DNA of 62,317 bases, filler included, from Gemmatimonadota bacterium (GCA_003697105.1; 4 parts of 4 records of this genome joined end to end with filler, not necessarily neighbours in it), one strand, 5' to 3'; positions 40,106 through 50,378 are shown, counted from the first letter of the whole stretch. Numbers and translations are program-made. Notes: generated from the sequence alone by a model not told the origin.

Positions 40106-41122
40106 CTAATCCTCACCGGACAATGGGGGCAGAAATTCAGTGGTAAATGCCGCACCGGCATCCACCTGACCGGCTTCAATTAGTCCTAAATCCACAATTT
40201 GAGAAAGCAATGTCTCCCAGCGAGTTGCCGTCATAACACCAAAACCACGGGTTTCGGTTTCTGGTGTAACGGCCAACGGTTTTAAGGCTTCCATGCCATA
40301 GGTCAGGCTTTCTAAACTCATCTCGGGGTTGATCTGATTGAGGTATTGATTTGTTTTTACCGGATCGGTCAAATAGGTTTTCCACCCTTTTACCGAGGCG
40401 TCCACCATCCGCCGTACCAGATCGGGTTTTTCGGCGATCATTTTTTCCGTTGTAAACAGCAAGCCTGTGTAAGGGTTGTAACCAATATCAGAGAGCATCA
40501 AGGGCTTCGGGTCTCCACCCTTTTCACGAATAACAAAAGGTTCGCTAAACACATACGCTTGATGCGCAAAATGGGGGTCTACTAAAAACTGGGCAACATT
40601 GCCGGTATAGGGTACAATGGTCACATTTTCCAAGGGTACATGCTGGCGCAGATAATGGGAAAATACATCTTTGGAACCCATTGCTAATGTTAAATTTTTC
40701 AGGTCGTATAAAGATTCAATACCGGACTGTTCATGCACGATAATGCAACGGGGGCTTTGTTGCAACGGGGTCATGACCGCCACCACCGGAATTTTTTCTG
40801 CTCGACCCAGTAAAATCAAATCCGCATTGGTAATACCAAAATCAGCTTGCCCTGTGGCGACCATCGAAATCACCGGAATATCTGGACCGCCGGGAATAAT
40901 GTCCACCTCCAGATTCGCCGCCGCATAAACCCCATGGAGTTGGGCGGCATAAAACCCGCCGTGTTCCGCTTCGGGAAACCAGTTTAAGACCAGTTTTACC
41001 TTCTCCTTCGCTACGGCTTCGGTTGCCGGAGAGGCGCCTTGTTGCGAGTGAGTATCCGGTGGCGAGCCACAGCCCGCTAAAACCCAACTAAAAATTATGT
41101 AAATAAATATTATGAAAGGCAT
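40106..41122 (-). CDS. NMT1/THI5-like ABC substrate-binding lipoprotein
   Basis: Lipobox LAGC, LNWFPEAEHGGFYAA, PGGPD; GGAGG SD before ATG 41122. Confidence 0.88.
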   Translation of the reverse strand: MPFIIFIYIIFSWVLAGCGSPPDTHSQQGASPATEAVAKEKVKLVLNWFPEAEHGGFYAAQLHGVYAAANLEVDIIPGGPDIPVISMVATGQADFGITNADLILLGRAEKIPVVAVMTPLQQSPRCIIVHEQSGIESLYDLKNLTLAMGSKDVFSHYLRQHVPLENVTIVPYTGNVAQFLVDPHFAHQAYVFSEPFVIREKGGDPKPLMLSDIGYNPYTGLLFTTEKMIAEKPDLVRRMVDASVKGWKTYLTDPVKTNQYLNQINPEMSLESLTYGMEALKPLAVTPETETRGFGVMTATRWETLLSQIVDLGLIEAGQVDAGAAFTTEFLPPLSGED

Positions 41123-41142
41123 CTTTCCTCCAATATGCACCG

Positions 41143-41907
41143 TTACTCTTGCCAACGGATTAAAAGCAAATTACCCAACCCGCTGACCACCCCAAAAATC
41201 AGCAAGCCCAGCATCGTGGACATCAAAATTGCCGCAAATAAATACGCCGTTTTTAGCTGACCCGATGTAACAATGATCAAATAACCCAAACCATACTGAT
41301 CCGTACCATAACCGGCGAAAAATTCCCCTACAATGGCACCAATAACCGATAAACCACTGGAAATCTTCGCTCCGGTTACCAAATCTGGAACAGCGTTCGG
41401 TAAACGTAACTTCCATAGGATTTGCCAACGGGAGGCATTGTTAATTGCAAACAGGTCGAATAAATGCGGACTGATCCGGGTCAATCCAGCCGTCCCATTG
41501 GTAATAATCGGGAAAACACTGATGATGAACGAGACGAGCACCACACTGAAAAAACCTGTCCCGAACCAAATGATAATCAGTGGAGCAATCGCCACAATGG
41601 GGACGGTTTGCAAAAAAATAGCATAGGGATAAAAACTACGCTGAATTAGATAAGATTGCGAAAAGGCAAAAGCAACCAGCAAACCCACCAAAAAACTGCT
41701 GAAAAACCCACCCAACGCTCCCGCCGTAGTTAAGCCACTTGCCATCAACAGCGTGGGTGCATTCTGCCAAGCAACAGTAAAAACTTGCACCGGGGCGGGT
41801 ATCAGAAAAGACGGTACATCAAATATCACGGTCACACTCTGCCAGATCAGCAAAAATAGGCAAAAGACCAGCAACGGTGGAACGAATATTTCCAATAGCC
41901 GCGTCAT
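41143..41907 (-). CDS. ABC permease (SsuC/TauC type)
   Basis: LQTVPIVAIAPLIIIWFG, KLRLPNAVP, GAIVGEF. Confidence 0.92.
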   Translation of the reverse strand: MTRLLEIFVPPLLVFCLFLLIWQSVTVIFDVPSFLIPAPVQVFTVAWQNAPTLLMASGLTTAGALGGFFSSFLVGLLVAFAFSQSYLIQRSFYPYAIFLQTVPIVAIAPLIIIWFGTGFFSVVLVSFIISVFPIITNGTAGLTRISPHLFDLFAINNASRWQILWKLRLPNAVPDLVTGAKISSGLSVIGAIVGEFFAGYGTDQYGLGYLIIVTSGQLKTAYLFAAILMSTMLGLLIFGVVSGLGNLLLIRWQE

Positions 41908-42668
41908 AAGTCTCCTCGCAAATGGCGGCTGACCATGCCCGCAAGTGCGGCAAAATCGCCTCTGGAGCGCAATTCCGGCGAACGGGGGTAATCAAACGGA
42001 ACACAAATGTCTGCCACCACCGATCCCGGCCGGGAACTCATCACCACAATCCGTTGGCTGAGAAAAACAGCTTCAAAAACATTGTGGGTTACAAACAGGG
42101 CAGTCCAACGGTGATGCTCCCACAATGCCAGCAACTCTTCATTCAACCGTTGCCGGGTGATTTCATCTAACGCCCCGAAAGGCTCATCTAACAAGAGCAA
42201 ATCCGGCTGTGTCACCAGTGCCCGGGCAAGCGAGACCCGCATTTTCATGCCCCCGGAAAGATGCCGTGGCAGGCTGTCTGCAAAATCCTGTAACCCTACC
42301 AAATTTAAGACCGTATCTATCTGACCGGTTGCTTGCTTCGAGGGAATGCCTCGCAATTCCAATGGTAAGCGAATATTTCCCCGCACAGTACGCCATTTGA
42401 GTAAATTCGCCTCCTGAAAGACAAACGCCACCTCTTGCTTTTCCCGCCGGGCTTGCAACGGCGTCACCCCATCCACGTGCAAAACACCGGAAGTTGGCTC
42501 TAGCAAGCCCGCAACCAATCTTAAAAGGGTTGATTTTCCACAACCGGAGGGTCCCACAATCGAGACAAACTCACCCTTTTTCAAGCAAAGATTGACATCA
42601 CGCAAGGCGTGCAGACCGGTATCAAACACCAAATTCAGTTGGTGAGTATAGACAAAGGCATCTCTCAT
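41904..42668 (-). CDS. ABC ATP-binding protein (SsuB/TauB type)
   Basis: GPSGCGKS, LSGGMKMR, LLDEPFGALD, VTH. Confidence 0.95.
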   Translation of the reverse strand: MRDAFVYTHQLNLVFDTGLHALRDVNLCLKKGEFVSIVGPSGCGKSTLLRLVAGLLEPTSGVLHVDGVTPLQARREKQEVAFVFQEANLLKWRTVRGNIRLPLELRGIPSKQATGQIDTVLNLVGLQDFADSLPRHLSGGMKMRVSLARALVTQPDLLLLDEPFGALDEITRQRLNEELLALWEHHRWTALFVTHNVFEAVFLSQRIVVMSSRPGSVVADICVPFDYPRSPELRSRGDFAALAGMVSRHLRGDL

Positions 42669-43555
42669 TTTTGGTGTGCGCGGTACGCCTGAAGGGCTTG
42701 TGTTGCTAACGGAACGTTATCCGTAGCCAACACGCTGGCACCTGCTTCCAATAATCGCTGATAAACATGGATGCCCTCGCTTTCCGCCCGTTTATCCAGA
42801 TCGCCCATGGTGCCCTGAATGGGGCGAATACCATACTCGTGAAGCATTTGGTACAAGCGGGGGTCTGCCGACGAAACCCCAACAAACGCCATCAAGTGAT
42901 CCGGCGGAATTCCAGCGCGTTGTAATTGTTGCAGATCGCGTTCGGAACGGATAGATGTACTCAAAAGCAAGTGAGGATGCAACCGGTGGTAGGTCAAAGC
43001 GGATTCCAGATCATAGGTGATCACGACCGCGCATGTTTCTGCCTGATGTTGTTGGATTGCCTTTACAATCATTTCCGGCGGGACATCCTGCTTGACATCC
43101 ACCTGTAACACGGTTTTGCCACACGCCCACTCTAGGGCTTCGGCAAATGTGGGGATGCGGTACTCCGTTACATTTCCCTCATTATCTTTAAGATACAGTG
43201 CCTTCAGTTCTGCAAGGGTATAATCGGATATGATGCCGGTGCCGGTAGTTGTGCGGTCTAGAGTATCATCATGCATCAGCACGAGGACACTATCCCGGCT
43301 GAGCCGAACATCGATTTCCAGCAGGCAGGGAGCGTATGTCAGAGTGTGTTCAAATGTTTCGATGCAATTTTCAGGATAACCGGGTTCGGGACCCCCCCGG
43401 TGAGCACTGATCAACGGCTGATCCGGGTTATAGCGCAAAAAAGCTTGCAATTGCGCAACATCATCAAATTGGCGGTAGTGGGATGACTCTCCCCCGACGG
43501 CAACAAGAACCAGTAAGACTAGAAACACCGGTAGAACATATAGGATTTTCTTCAT
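42665..43555 (-). CDS. Exported glycerophosphodiester phosphodiesterase family protein
   Basis: Signal/TM; SAHRGG, PENC, EIDV, MHDDTLDRTT, IPTFAEAL, DVK, TD. Confidence 0.9.
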   Translation of the reverse strand: MKKILYVLPVFLVLLVLVAVGGESSHYRQFDDVAQLQAFLRYNPDQPLISAHRGGPEPGYPENCIETFEHTLTYAPCLLEIDVRLSRDSVLVLMHDDTLDRTTTGTGIISDYTLAELKALYLKDNEGNVTEYRIPTFAEALEWACGKTVLQVDVKQDVPPEMIVKAIQQHQAETCAVVITYDLESALTYHRLHPHLLLSTSIRSERDLQQLQRAGIPPDHLMAFVGVSSADPRLYQMLHEYGIRPIQGTMGDLDKRAESEGIHVYQRLLEAGASVLATDNVPLATQALQAYRAHQK

Positions 43556-43683
43556 GTTTGATCACCTCAAATTAGCGTATCGTGAAGGCATCTCAGTTTT
43601 CGATAAGTCAATCCGGTAAATCTGTTTCGATCTACACAAAGTTGGGGGTAAAGTCAAGATCGTTTTGGGGATAAGCAGAGAAA

Positions 43684-44739
43684 TCACCGGTCTTTATCAA
43701 ATTGATGTTGCCATTCTATCTGATCTCGGATGTTGGGGTCAATATGTAGCGTAGGAGGAGCGGCATCTAACGTTTGGCGAATCAACCAATTTCGTTTCAT
43801 GGCCCGGACGAGCTCATCCGTTTCATCCAGCAAGTGATGGGTCTGATCGATTAATTCGGGAATTTCGGGGGTCGCCGGTTGCAAATCTGCCATGAGTTGC
43901 TCCATATTTGCTACCATCTGATTCATATTTGCCATGAGAGAATCCGTAGAAGCAATCAGGACTTGCATTTGATCGATCAAAATAGAGGTTTCCCCCATGA
44001 CCAAGTTGGTATTCTCAAGGGTCACCTCTATGTTTTCCGTGAGTTGCGTCATACGCGCCATCAATAGGGACGCTTGCCCGGTCATGGTTGCCAAATCCGT
44101 TGTCCATCGCTTCAAGGGGGAATCCAAGGTATCAGTAGTGACCGTATATAGCTGATATACCAAGGCATCGGTCGTTTCAATCAAGCGCCCGACATTATCC
44201 GAATTTTGCATGAGGGTATCGGTCACATCCACCAGATTAACAAGCAGGCGTTGCAAATTTTCACTCAGTTGGACAAAATCAATATCCTTGACTGCCAAAT
44301 CGATCAAGCCCGTCGGTTCCCCCACCCGAGTAATGACACCACCGGGTTCAATCAGGGGAGACAGGTACGATCCCGCTGAAATATCGATAACACGGGCACC
44401 CAGCACCCCGGTAAACAGGTCAACACTGGCTAATTTGAGGACCGAGTCCTGCCGCAGTTGGTCGGCATAGCGTGCCCGTAGTTGTAATTTGATCTCCACA
44501 TGATTGGAGCCAACCACCTTCACCGAGAGCACTCTTCCCGCGCCATCAATGCCTTCAAACCGGACACCACTTCCTTCTTGCAAGCCATAACCGTCATTCA
44601 AAATGGCGTAGTACGTATATTTTGGCTCAAACCAATTTTCCCGCCAGGCGACATACACCAGCATAAAACCGACCACCAGTAAAGCCACCCCCACAAACAC
44701 GCCTACAACTCGATCATATCGTGTGTACGTAAATGCCAT
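43684..44739 (-). CDS. MCE/MlaD family protein with a long helical C-terminus
   Basis: N-terminal TM, GLQEGSGVRFEG, IDISAG, coiled coil, NWLIR tail. Confidence 0.85.
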   Translation of the reverse strand: MAFTYTRYDRVVGVFVGVALLVVGFMLVYVAWRENWFEPKYTYYAILNDGYGLQEGSGVRFEGIDGAGRVLSVKVVGSNHVEIKLQLRARYADQLRQDSVLKLASVDLFTGVLGARVIDISAGSYLSPLIEPGGVITRVGEPTGLIDLAVKDIDFVQLSENLQRLLVNLVDVTDTLMQNSDNVGRLIETTDALVYQLYTVTTDTLDSPLKRWTTDLATMTGQASLLMARMTQLTENIEVTLENTNLVMGETSILIDQMQVLIASTDSLMANMNQMVANMEQLMADLQPATPEIPELIDQTHHLLDETDELVRAMKRNWLIRQTLDAAPPTLHIDPNIRDQIEWQHQFDKDR

Positions 44740-44754
44740 TCCACACACCTTAGT

Positions 44755-45480
44755 TTATCGAATAATCCCGGAGGTTTCGCAAAATTCAATATATTCAGGA
44801 TAGGACCCGGAAAATAATATCCGCCCATTTTCCAGATAAAAAACGCGGGTAATATAGGACTGCAACCGGTCCATCAAACCACGGTCCATCGTGGTGACCA
44901 ACGCCCCGGTTTGGTGGTCAACCAGAACATTCTCAATATGGTTAATTACCTGCAACCGGAAGAGGCGGGGCAGTCCCTCTGTCGGTTCATCATAAAGAAT
45001 CAAACGAGGATTCATGATCGTCGCCCGAGCAACAGCCACCTGACGCCGGTGACCGGTACTCAGCTCCGCCGGACGACAATGGGCGTACTTCGCTAACCCC
45101 CACTGTTCCAGATGCGCCATTACCTGTTCCATTACCTCCGTCACAGAAGCCGAAGTATGATATTCAAAAGGCAATGCTACATTATCATAAACCGTATAAT
45201 TACTGATTAAACTGTCTCGCTGAAACACCACACCGATATGCTTTCGCAAACCCTGCAACGTCAGATAATCCACTTGAGAAATATCCTGGTTCTCGACTCG
45301 CAAAGAACCCCGGTCAGGGGCAAAAAACAGGGTTGCACACAGCTTTAATAAGACCGATTTACCACTGCCACTACTTCCTGTGATAAAAACCAGATCGCCC
45401 GCTTCCAAACTGAGCGAAATATCCCGCAATTGAAACGTCCCCACCGTATGGGATACCTGATCTAATCTCAACAGGGACAT
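44755..45480 (-). CDS. MlaF-like ABC ATPase (divergent)
   Basis: GSSGSGKS, VVFQ, LSTGHRRQ, LYDEPTEGL; the H-loop position reads VTTMD. Confidence 0.8.
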   Translation of the reverse strand: MSLLRLDQVSHTVGTFQLRDISLSLEAGDLVFITGSSGSGKSVLLKLCATLFFAPDRGSLRVENQDISQVDYLTLQGLRKHIGVVFQRDSLISNYTVYDNVALPFEYHTSASVTEVMEQVMAHLEQWGLAKYAHCRPAELSTGHRRQVAVARATIMNPRLILYDEPTEGLPRLFRLQVINHIENVLVDHQTGALVTTMDRGLMDRLQSYITRVFYLENGRILFSGSYPEYIEFCETSGIIR

Positions 45481-45484
45481 GCCA

Positions 45485-46288
45485 TTATCCCCAGTAGCGA
45501 TACAACAGGGCGGCGGTAATGGTGCCATTGATGATAAAAATGAACCCCATGCAATTCACCACACCCAGTGACGCTTGCTGCGGCACTTCAGTGGACGCAT
45601 ATTGTACCCGCCACCCATGATAACAGGCAATCACCGGGATCACCATCCCAAACAACAACGATTTGAACAACAGAATCAGCAGGTCAAAACTGGACAGACT
45701 GCGGAACATCGTACCAAAGTAGCTAAAAAAGGAAAGACCCGAAATAAACATTCCCCCCACCATTGCCATCAGTGCTACATAGAGCGACAAACAGGTCATC
45801 GAAATCATTCCCCCGAGGATACGGGGCGCGATGAGCAAATGGAGGGGTGAAATCCCCATTGCTTCTAGCGCATCAATCTGGTGCGAAATCCGCATGTCAC
45901 CTATGTGCGCCGCCAACGCCGTCCCGGAACGCCCAATAATCAGATACGCCGTGACCAAGGGACCAAATTCCCGCAAAATGACAATATGGAAAATCTCCCC
46001 CATGAGTTCTGTCCCGGAATTGAGTAGCGGATTCCAGCGATATTGGGCAATGGTCACAAACCCTAGAACCAGCCCAATGACACTCATAAACGGGAGTGCA
46101 TTGACACCGGTAAAATAAATTTGGGAGATGACTTCTCGCAAAATCAACCGTCGCCCGTGATGCCGGTTTTGGATCAGTAAGGTCAAGGCAAAAGAGAAGA
46201 AGAGTACCAGATTTTTCAGGTAGGTCAGACCCTCAATCGTGCGCTGACCGAGTGTATCAATGGGGAGCCACAAGCGAGAAAGATTCAT
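45485..46288 (-). CDS. MlaE-like ABC permease
   Basis: QIYFTGV, ILREFGPLVTA, GRSGTA, IDALEAMGI, PRI. Confidence 0.9.
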   Translation of the reverse strand: MNLSRLWLPIDTLGQRTIEGLTYLKNLVLFFSFALTLLIQNRHHGRRLILREVISQIYFTGVNALPFMSVIGLVLGFVTIAQYRWNPLLNSGTELMGEIFHIVILREFGPLVTAYLIIGRSGTALAAHIGDMRISHQIDALEAMGISPLHLLIAPRILGGMISMTCLSLYVALMAMVGGMFISGLSFFSYFGTMFRSLSSFDLLILLFKSLLFGMVIPVIACYHGWRVQYASTEVPQQASLGVVNCMGFIFIINGTITAALLYRYWG

Positions 46289-46295
46289 GAAGTAC

Positions 46296-47801
46296 TCATT
46301 TCCAATCTTCAATTAGTTGTGCCAATAGGCGCACCCCAAAACCGGTAGCACCTTCCCGAAAATAGCCCTTGTTTTTCTTGGATACAGCCGTTCCGGCAAT
46401 ATCCAGATGCGCCCACGGCACGTCTCCGGTGAACTGCTTGAGAAACCATGCCGCGAAAATCGGACTTCCCTCGCGCACCCCTCCATTTTTGATGTCGGCG
46501 TAAGTGCTTTTCAAATCCTGCTCATACTCCTCAAACATAGGCAACTCCCAGACCTTTTCATGGGTTTTGTCCGCGGCAACGGCTAGCTTTTGAATCAGAC
46601 CGGCATCGCGGGAAAACATACCTGCCGCCACACGTCCGAGAGCCACAACACAACCACCGGTTAGGGTAGCGAGGTCAAACATCGCCGCCGGCCGGTAGCG
46701 TTCCGCCACGTAAGCCAGCGCATCCGCCAGCACCAGCCGTCCTTCGGCGTCGGTACTGCGAATTTCTATTGTTTTGCCGTTATATGCTGTCAAAATATCA
46801 CTAGGTCGATAGGATTTTTCACCGATCATATTCTCAGCGGCGGCAACCGCAAACACCAAATTTACATGTGACGGGCGCAAAGTGCCCATCACTTGCGCCA
46901 GTGCCAGTGTTGCTGCCGCACCACACATATCAAATTTCATTTCGATCATTCCCGCCAGAGTTTTGATGCCCAATCCCCCGCTATCAAAGGTGATGCCTTT
47001 ACCTACCACCGCCACGGTCGGGGCATCGGGGTTACCGCTCTGATATTCCAAAATGATCAGCTTCGGGGGTTCTGCCGAGCCAGAAGAGACCGCCAGAATG
47101 CAGTTCATCCCCCGTTTTTCCATCTCTTTATGGTCAAGGATGGTGCATTTCAGCTTATGTGTTTTTGCAATCGTCTTTGCCTGATCTGCCAAGTAGGAGG
47201 GAGTAATAAGATTTGCCGGATGATTACCTAGATCGCGCGCATAACAAACGCCTTCCGCCAGGGTCTGTCCCCGTTGAATACCGTCTTCAATGGCTTCGAT
47301 CACGCCTTCGTCAAGTTCCACAACCGTAACGGTTTCCAGCCTAGAACTCTTGGGGTCATTGTTGGTTTTGTACGCCGTAAAGCGATACGCCCCCAACACC
47401 GTCCCTTCCGCAAACGCCTGCGCCGTAACCGGACAAAACTCATCCAGTTGGGAGCAACCGTGCAAAATAGAGCTATATGTCCGCATCCCCCAACCGGTCG
47501 CTTTGGAAGCAACGTTTGCCGCAACCTGCCGGATGCGTTCTGCGGTTAGGTCTGCCTTTTTGCCCATGCCCACGACCAACACACGGTTAAAAGGCAAACC
47601 TTTGGGTCGTAATAAGATGGTTTCATTAAAGGCGCCGGTGAAATCCCCCAACTCGATCAAGCGTTGGATATCACCTTCCACCATTTGATCCAGTTTGGCA
47701 ATTGCTCCGGCAAGTTCAGGGCTATCCTCAAAATGATTGACCACAATCATTTCTGCCGTTTCTTGGGTAATATCTCCTTTTTTAACATTAAGTTGCAACA
47801 T
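46296..47801 (-). CDS. pepA: Leucyl aminopeptidase (M17)
   Basis: VGKGITFDSGG, MKFDMCG, AAENM, STDAEGRL, WAHLDIAG; GGAGG SD before ATG 47801. Confidence 0.93.
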   Translation of the reverse strand: MLQLNVKKGDITQETAEMIVVNHFEDSPELAGAIAKLDQMVEGDIQRLIELGDFTGAFNETILLRPKGLPFNRVLVVGMGKKADLTAERIRQVAANVASKATGWGMRTYSSILHGCSQLDEFCPVTAQAFAEGTVLGAYRFTAYKTNNDPKSSRLETVTVVELDEGVIEAIEDGIQRGQTLAEGVCYARDLGNHPANLITPSYLADQAKTIAKTHKLKCTILDHKEMEKRGMNCILAVSSGSAEPPKLIILEYQSGNPDAPTVAVVGKGITFDSGGLGIKTLAGMIEMKFDMCGAAATLALAQVMGTLRPSHVNLVFAVAAAENMIGEKSYRPSDILTAYNGKTIEIRSTDAEGRLVLADALAYVAERYRPAAMFDLATLTGGCVVALGRVAAGMFSRDAGLIQKLAVAADKTHEKVWELPMFEEYEQDLKSTYADIKNGGVREGSPIFAAWFLKQFTGDVPWAHLDIAGTAVSKKNKGYFREGATGFGVRLLAQLIEDWK

Positions 47802-47815
47802 TGAATCCTCCGGTA

Positions 47816-48685
47816 TTAAACGTCCAAAAATCGTCGAATTGAAATCCAACTGCCGATCCCGCCGAGCATTATCCCCAAACCGACTAACCCGAAGCTTACT
47901 TCACCAGTTAGAAACACCATCGAAAAGCCTTCGGGTATCATGCGAAGCAGTTGCGTATAACCCAAATAGAGAAACAGGAGCGAAATCCCCGCCCCGAGCA
48001 TCCCTTGCATCATACCTTCCAGCATGAACGGCAGGCGGATCATCCATGCTGTCGCACCCACATACTGCATGATTTTGATTTCCATTTGGCGAGAATAGAC
48101 TGTCAGTTTGATGGTATTATAAATAACAAAAATGGAAGCAAACGCAATGGTAGCCCCGATCATCAGACTTGCCCACCGTAAGATGAAAAAAAATTGATCC
48201 AGCCGTGCCAACCACTCTTTGCCATACATCACATCTGTGACTCCATCGAGTTGTTCAATCTGGCGAGCAATTGTGGCAACTTGGTCGCGTGATTCGTAAG
48301 TAGTTAATCGGATTTGAAATGAGGCAGGAAGCGGATTGGTGGTTAGCGCCGTGAGGAGGTCTGCCCGATCGGCAAAATCCCGTTGAAATTCAGCCAACGC
48401 ATCCGCTTTGCTGACAAAGGTGGCCAGTTTCACACCGGGGAGGTGTTGGATACGTTGGCGTAGATGCTGTTGATCTGCTAATGAAAGGCTATCCGCCACA
48501 TAGGCGACAATTTCGACCTTTGCTTGCACCCCCCGTACAACCGTCTCGACGTTTTGAGTGACCAACATAAACACACCGAACAATAACAAAGACATCGCTA
48601 TAATCGCGATAGAAATCAACACCATTACCCGAGTCCGGCGAAAACTGGTCAGTGCTTCCCGCAAAGCAAAGATTAATGTTGGCAC
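47816..48685 (-). CDS. ftsX: Cell division permease FtsX
   Basis: FVSKADAL, NPLPASF, YNTIKLTVYSRQMEIKIMQYVGAT..MIRLPF.LEG. Confidence 0.92.
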   Translation of the reverse strand: MPTLIFALREALTSFRRTRVMVLISIAIIAMSLLLFGVFMLVTQNVETVVRGVQAKVEIVAYVADSLSLADQQHLRQRIQHLPGVKLATFVSKADALAEFQRDFADRADLLTALTTNPLPASFQIRLTTYESRDQVATIARQIEQLDGVTDVMYGKEWLARLDQFFFILRWASLMIGATIAFASIFVIYNTIKLTVYSRQMEIKIMQYVGATAWMIRLPFMLEGMMQGMLGAGISLLFLYLGYTQLLRMIPEGFSMVFLTGEVSFGLVGLGIMLGGIGSWISIRRFLDV

Positions 48686-48699
48686 AAAAACAACCCCCG

Positions 48700-48734
48700 G
48701 TAGGATTTAGGGATCAGGGATCAGGAATCAGATT
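48700..48734. repeat. Tandem heptamer run (TCCCTGA/TCCCTAA on the - strand)
   Basis: gtaggat ttaggga tcaggga tcaggaa tcagatt upstream of ftsX; same unit family as 1270-1297. Confidence 0.65.
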
Positions 48735-48803
48735 GTGAATATTTTGCTCATGTGATCTATAGCCTATTTGGAGTCAAAAGTCAAGATGCCATCCCAAAAT
48801 ACG

Positions 48804-49976
48804 TTACAAACACGTTACGATGTCACGCTGAATTTCAGTAGTAACAACAGGACCGGTTTTCGCATCTACAAACAGATTGATTTCACTGCGGATACCAAAT
48901 TCAGGCAAATAAATCCCTGGTTCAATTGTAAACCCCAAACCGGGGATCAAAAGACGCGTTTCATGTGTCTCAAAGTTATCAATATTCGCACCGTTGCCAT
49001 GAGTAACTTCTCCTAAATTGTGCCCAGTACGGTGCACAAAAGCGTCACCATAACCTGCCGCGGCAATCACCTGACGCACGGCATCATCTACCTGATAACC
49101 GGGTAGAAGGTCGCCTTGTTGCCAAGCCTGTTGAAGCAATGCTACCCCCGCATCTCGTCCCGAACGGACAATCTGCCAAATGTGTTGGTAAACCTCCGGC
49201 ATGGTATGACCTACAAAACCGACCCACGTGATGTCAGCGAATACAGACCCCGGCGCATTTTCTTTTGCCCACAGATCGATCAACACAAAATCATTTGCCT
49301 TAATTTCTGTGGAATAGGCGGCAGAAGGCGCGTAATGTGGATTACCACTATGCGCATTTACCCCTACAATTGGAGGGTGATCCGTAACCATTCCTGCCTG
49401 ATCGAACCCGTTCATAATCCGCTGCTGAACATCATACTCTGTGATGGTCTTTCCTGCCCGTATTTGCTCTCCAATCCAGCGGAACGCATCCGCTTGCAAC
49501 TCATAAACTGTTTTTGCCGCCCGATAATGGCTCGCCAATTGCGCTTCTGACCAGCGACATTGAAAGACCTGAATCAGATTTTCAGAGGATTGGACCTGAA
49601 CACCTTGTGCGCGCACCAATTCAACCGTACCGGCATCTACATGCGCGCCGTAAGGTACGGCACATTGCGGCGAATACTCCATCAAAATTGTTTGGGCATC
49701 TGCGAGTAAATATGCCAAACCGTGGTGTAACTCCTGCCAATTGCGATAAATACGTTTCTGTCCGGGAAGATGATCAAATATATGGGTTTCTAACGCCGAA
49801 ATCAACCAGCACGGCTCCCCGTTTGCCGGAATAAACCCAAACCAACGCCGGGTCGTATGCATACCTTTCAAACCCGCTTGTTGAACGGCAATAGGATTTT
49901 GACCGCGAAAATCATATAACAACCATCCATCGACCTGTGCCGTGCTCAATTCAGCTTGAATCCGCGAAATATCCAT
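48804..49976 (-). CDS. M24 family Xaa-Pro aminopeptidase-like metallopeptidase
   Basis: DGWLLYDF, TRRW, NPHY, LIDLWAK, ADITW, HRTGH, FTIEPGIY, RSE. Confidence 0.9.
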   Translation of the reverse strand: MDISRIQAELSTAQVDGWLLYDFRGQNPIAVQQAGLKGMHTTRRWFGFIPANGEPCWLISALETHIFDHLPGQKRIYRNWQELHHGLAYLLADAQTILMEYSPQCAVPYGAHVDAGTVELVRAQGVQVQSSENLIQVFQCRWSEAQLASHYRAAKTVYELQADAFRWIGEQIRAGKTITEYDVQQRIMNGFDQAGMVTDHPPIVGVNAHSGNPHYAPSAAYSTEIKANDFVLIDLWAKENAPGSVFADITWVGFVGHTMPEVYQHIWQIVRSGRDAGVALLQQAWQQGDLLPGYQVDDAVRQVIAAAGYGDAFVHRTGHNLGEVTHGNGANIDNFETHETRLLIPGLGFTIEPGIYLPEFGIRSEINLFVDAKTGPVVTTEIQRDIVTCL

Positions 49977-49995
49977 AAAAACCCCCTTTAAAATG

Positions 49996-50023
49996 AAAAA
50001 ACCCTTCCTGACTAACGGAAGGG
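49996..50023 (-). terminator. Intrinsic terminator downstream of tRNA-Gly
   Basis: CCCTTCC-N8-GGAAGGG stem with a T tract on the - strand. Confidence 0.6.
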
Positions 50024-50039
50024 ATCGATCTCAAAAAAA

Positions 50040-50115
<76 letters not shown>

Positions 50116-50142
50116 TCTTTTTTTAACCATTTGCGGACACCG

Positions 50143-50171
50143 AATTTAGGCTAAAATACCGGTTTTGTCAA
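50143..50171 (-). promoter_or_regulatory. Sigma70 promoter of tRNA-Gly
   Basis: TTGACA-17-TAAATT on the - strand. Confidence 0.7.
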
Positions 50172-50307
50172 GCTTTTTTTGCAAGGAAGGCATTTAGTTG
50201 TAACTTACTTATAATAAAAAGGTTATTTTATTTACCCACACCAAAAGCATCTGGATGCAGAAAAATTTTTAGGCGAATGTGCCGGATTCAATTTATTCAG
50301 AATTTGG

Positions 50308-50336
50308 TTGACAGTATCTGGGTTTCAGTATAGCTT
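50308..50336 (+). promoter_or_regulatory. Sigma70 promoter of the lipoprotein gene
   Basis: TTGACA-17-TAGCTT. Confidence 0.55.
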
Positions 50337-50378
50337 TAGCATAAAATCCAGCCACCTAATGTCATGGAGGTTACCGGC

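Noticed and set aside
43556-43683. TPP riboswitch upstream of the NMT1/THI5 transporter
   Set aside because: CTGAGA is present on the minus strand but the ACCTGA/GCGNAGG core and the P1-P5 pairing are missing
46700-46770. STDAEGRL instead of NTDAEGRL in PepA
   Set aside because: Metal ligands and the catalytic Arg are intact; a minor variant
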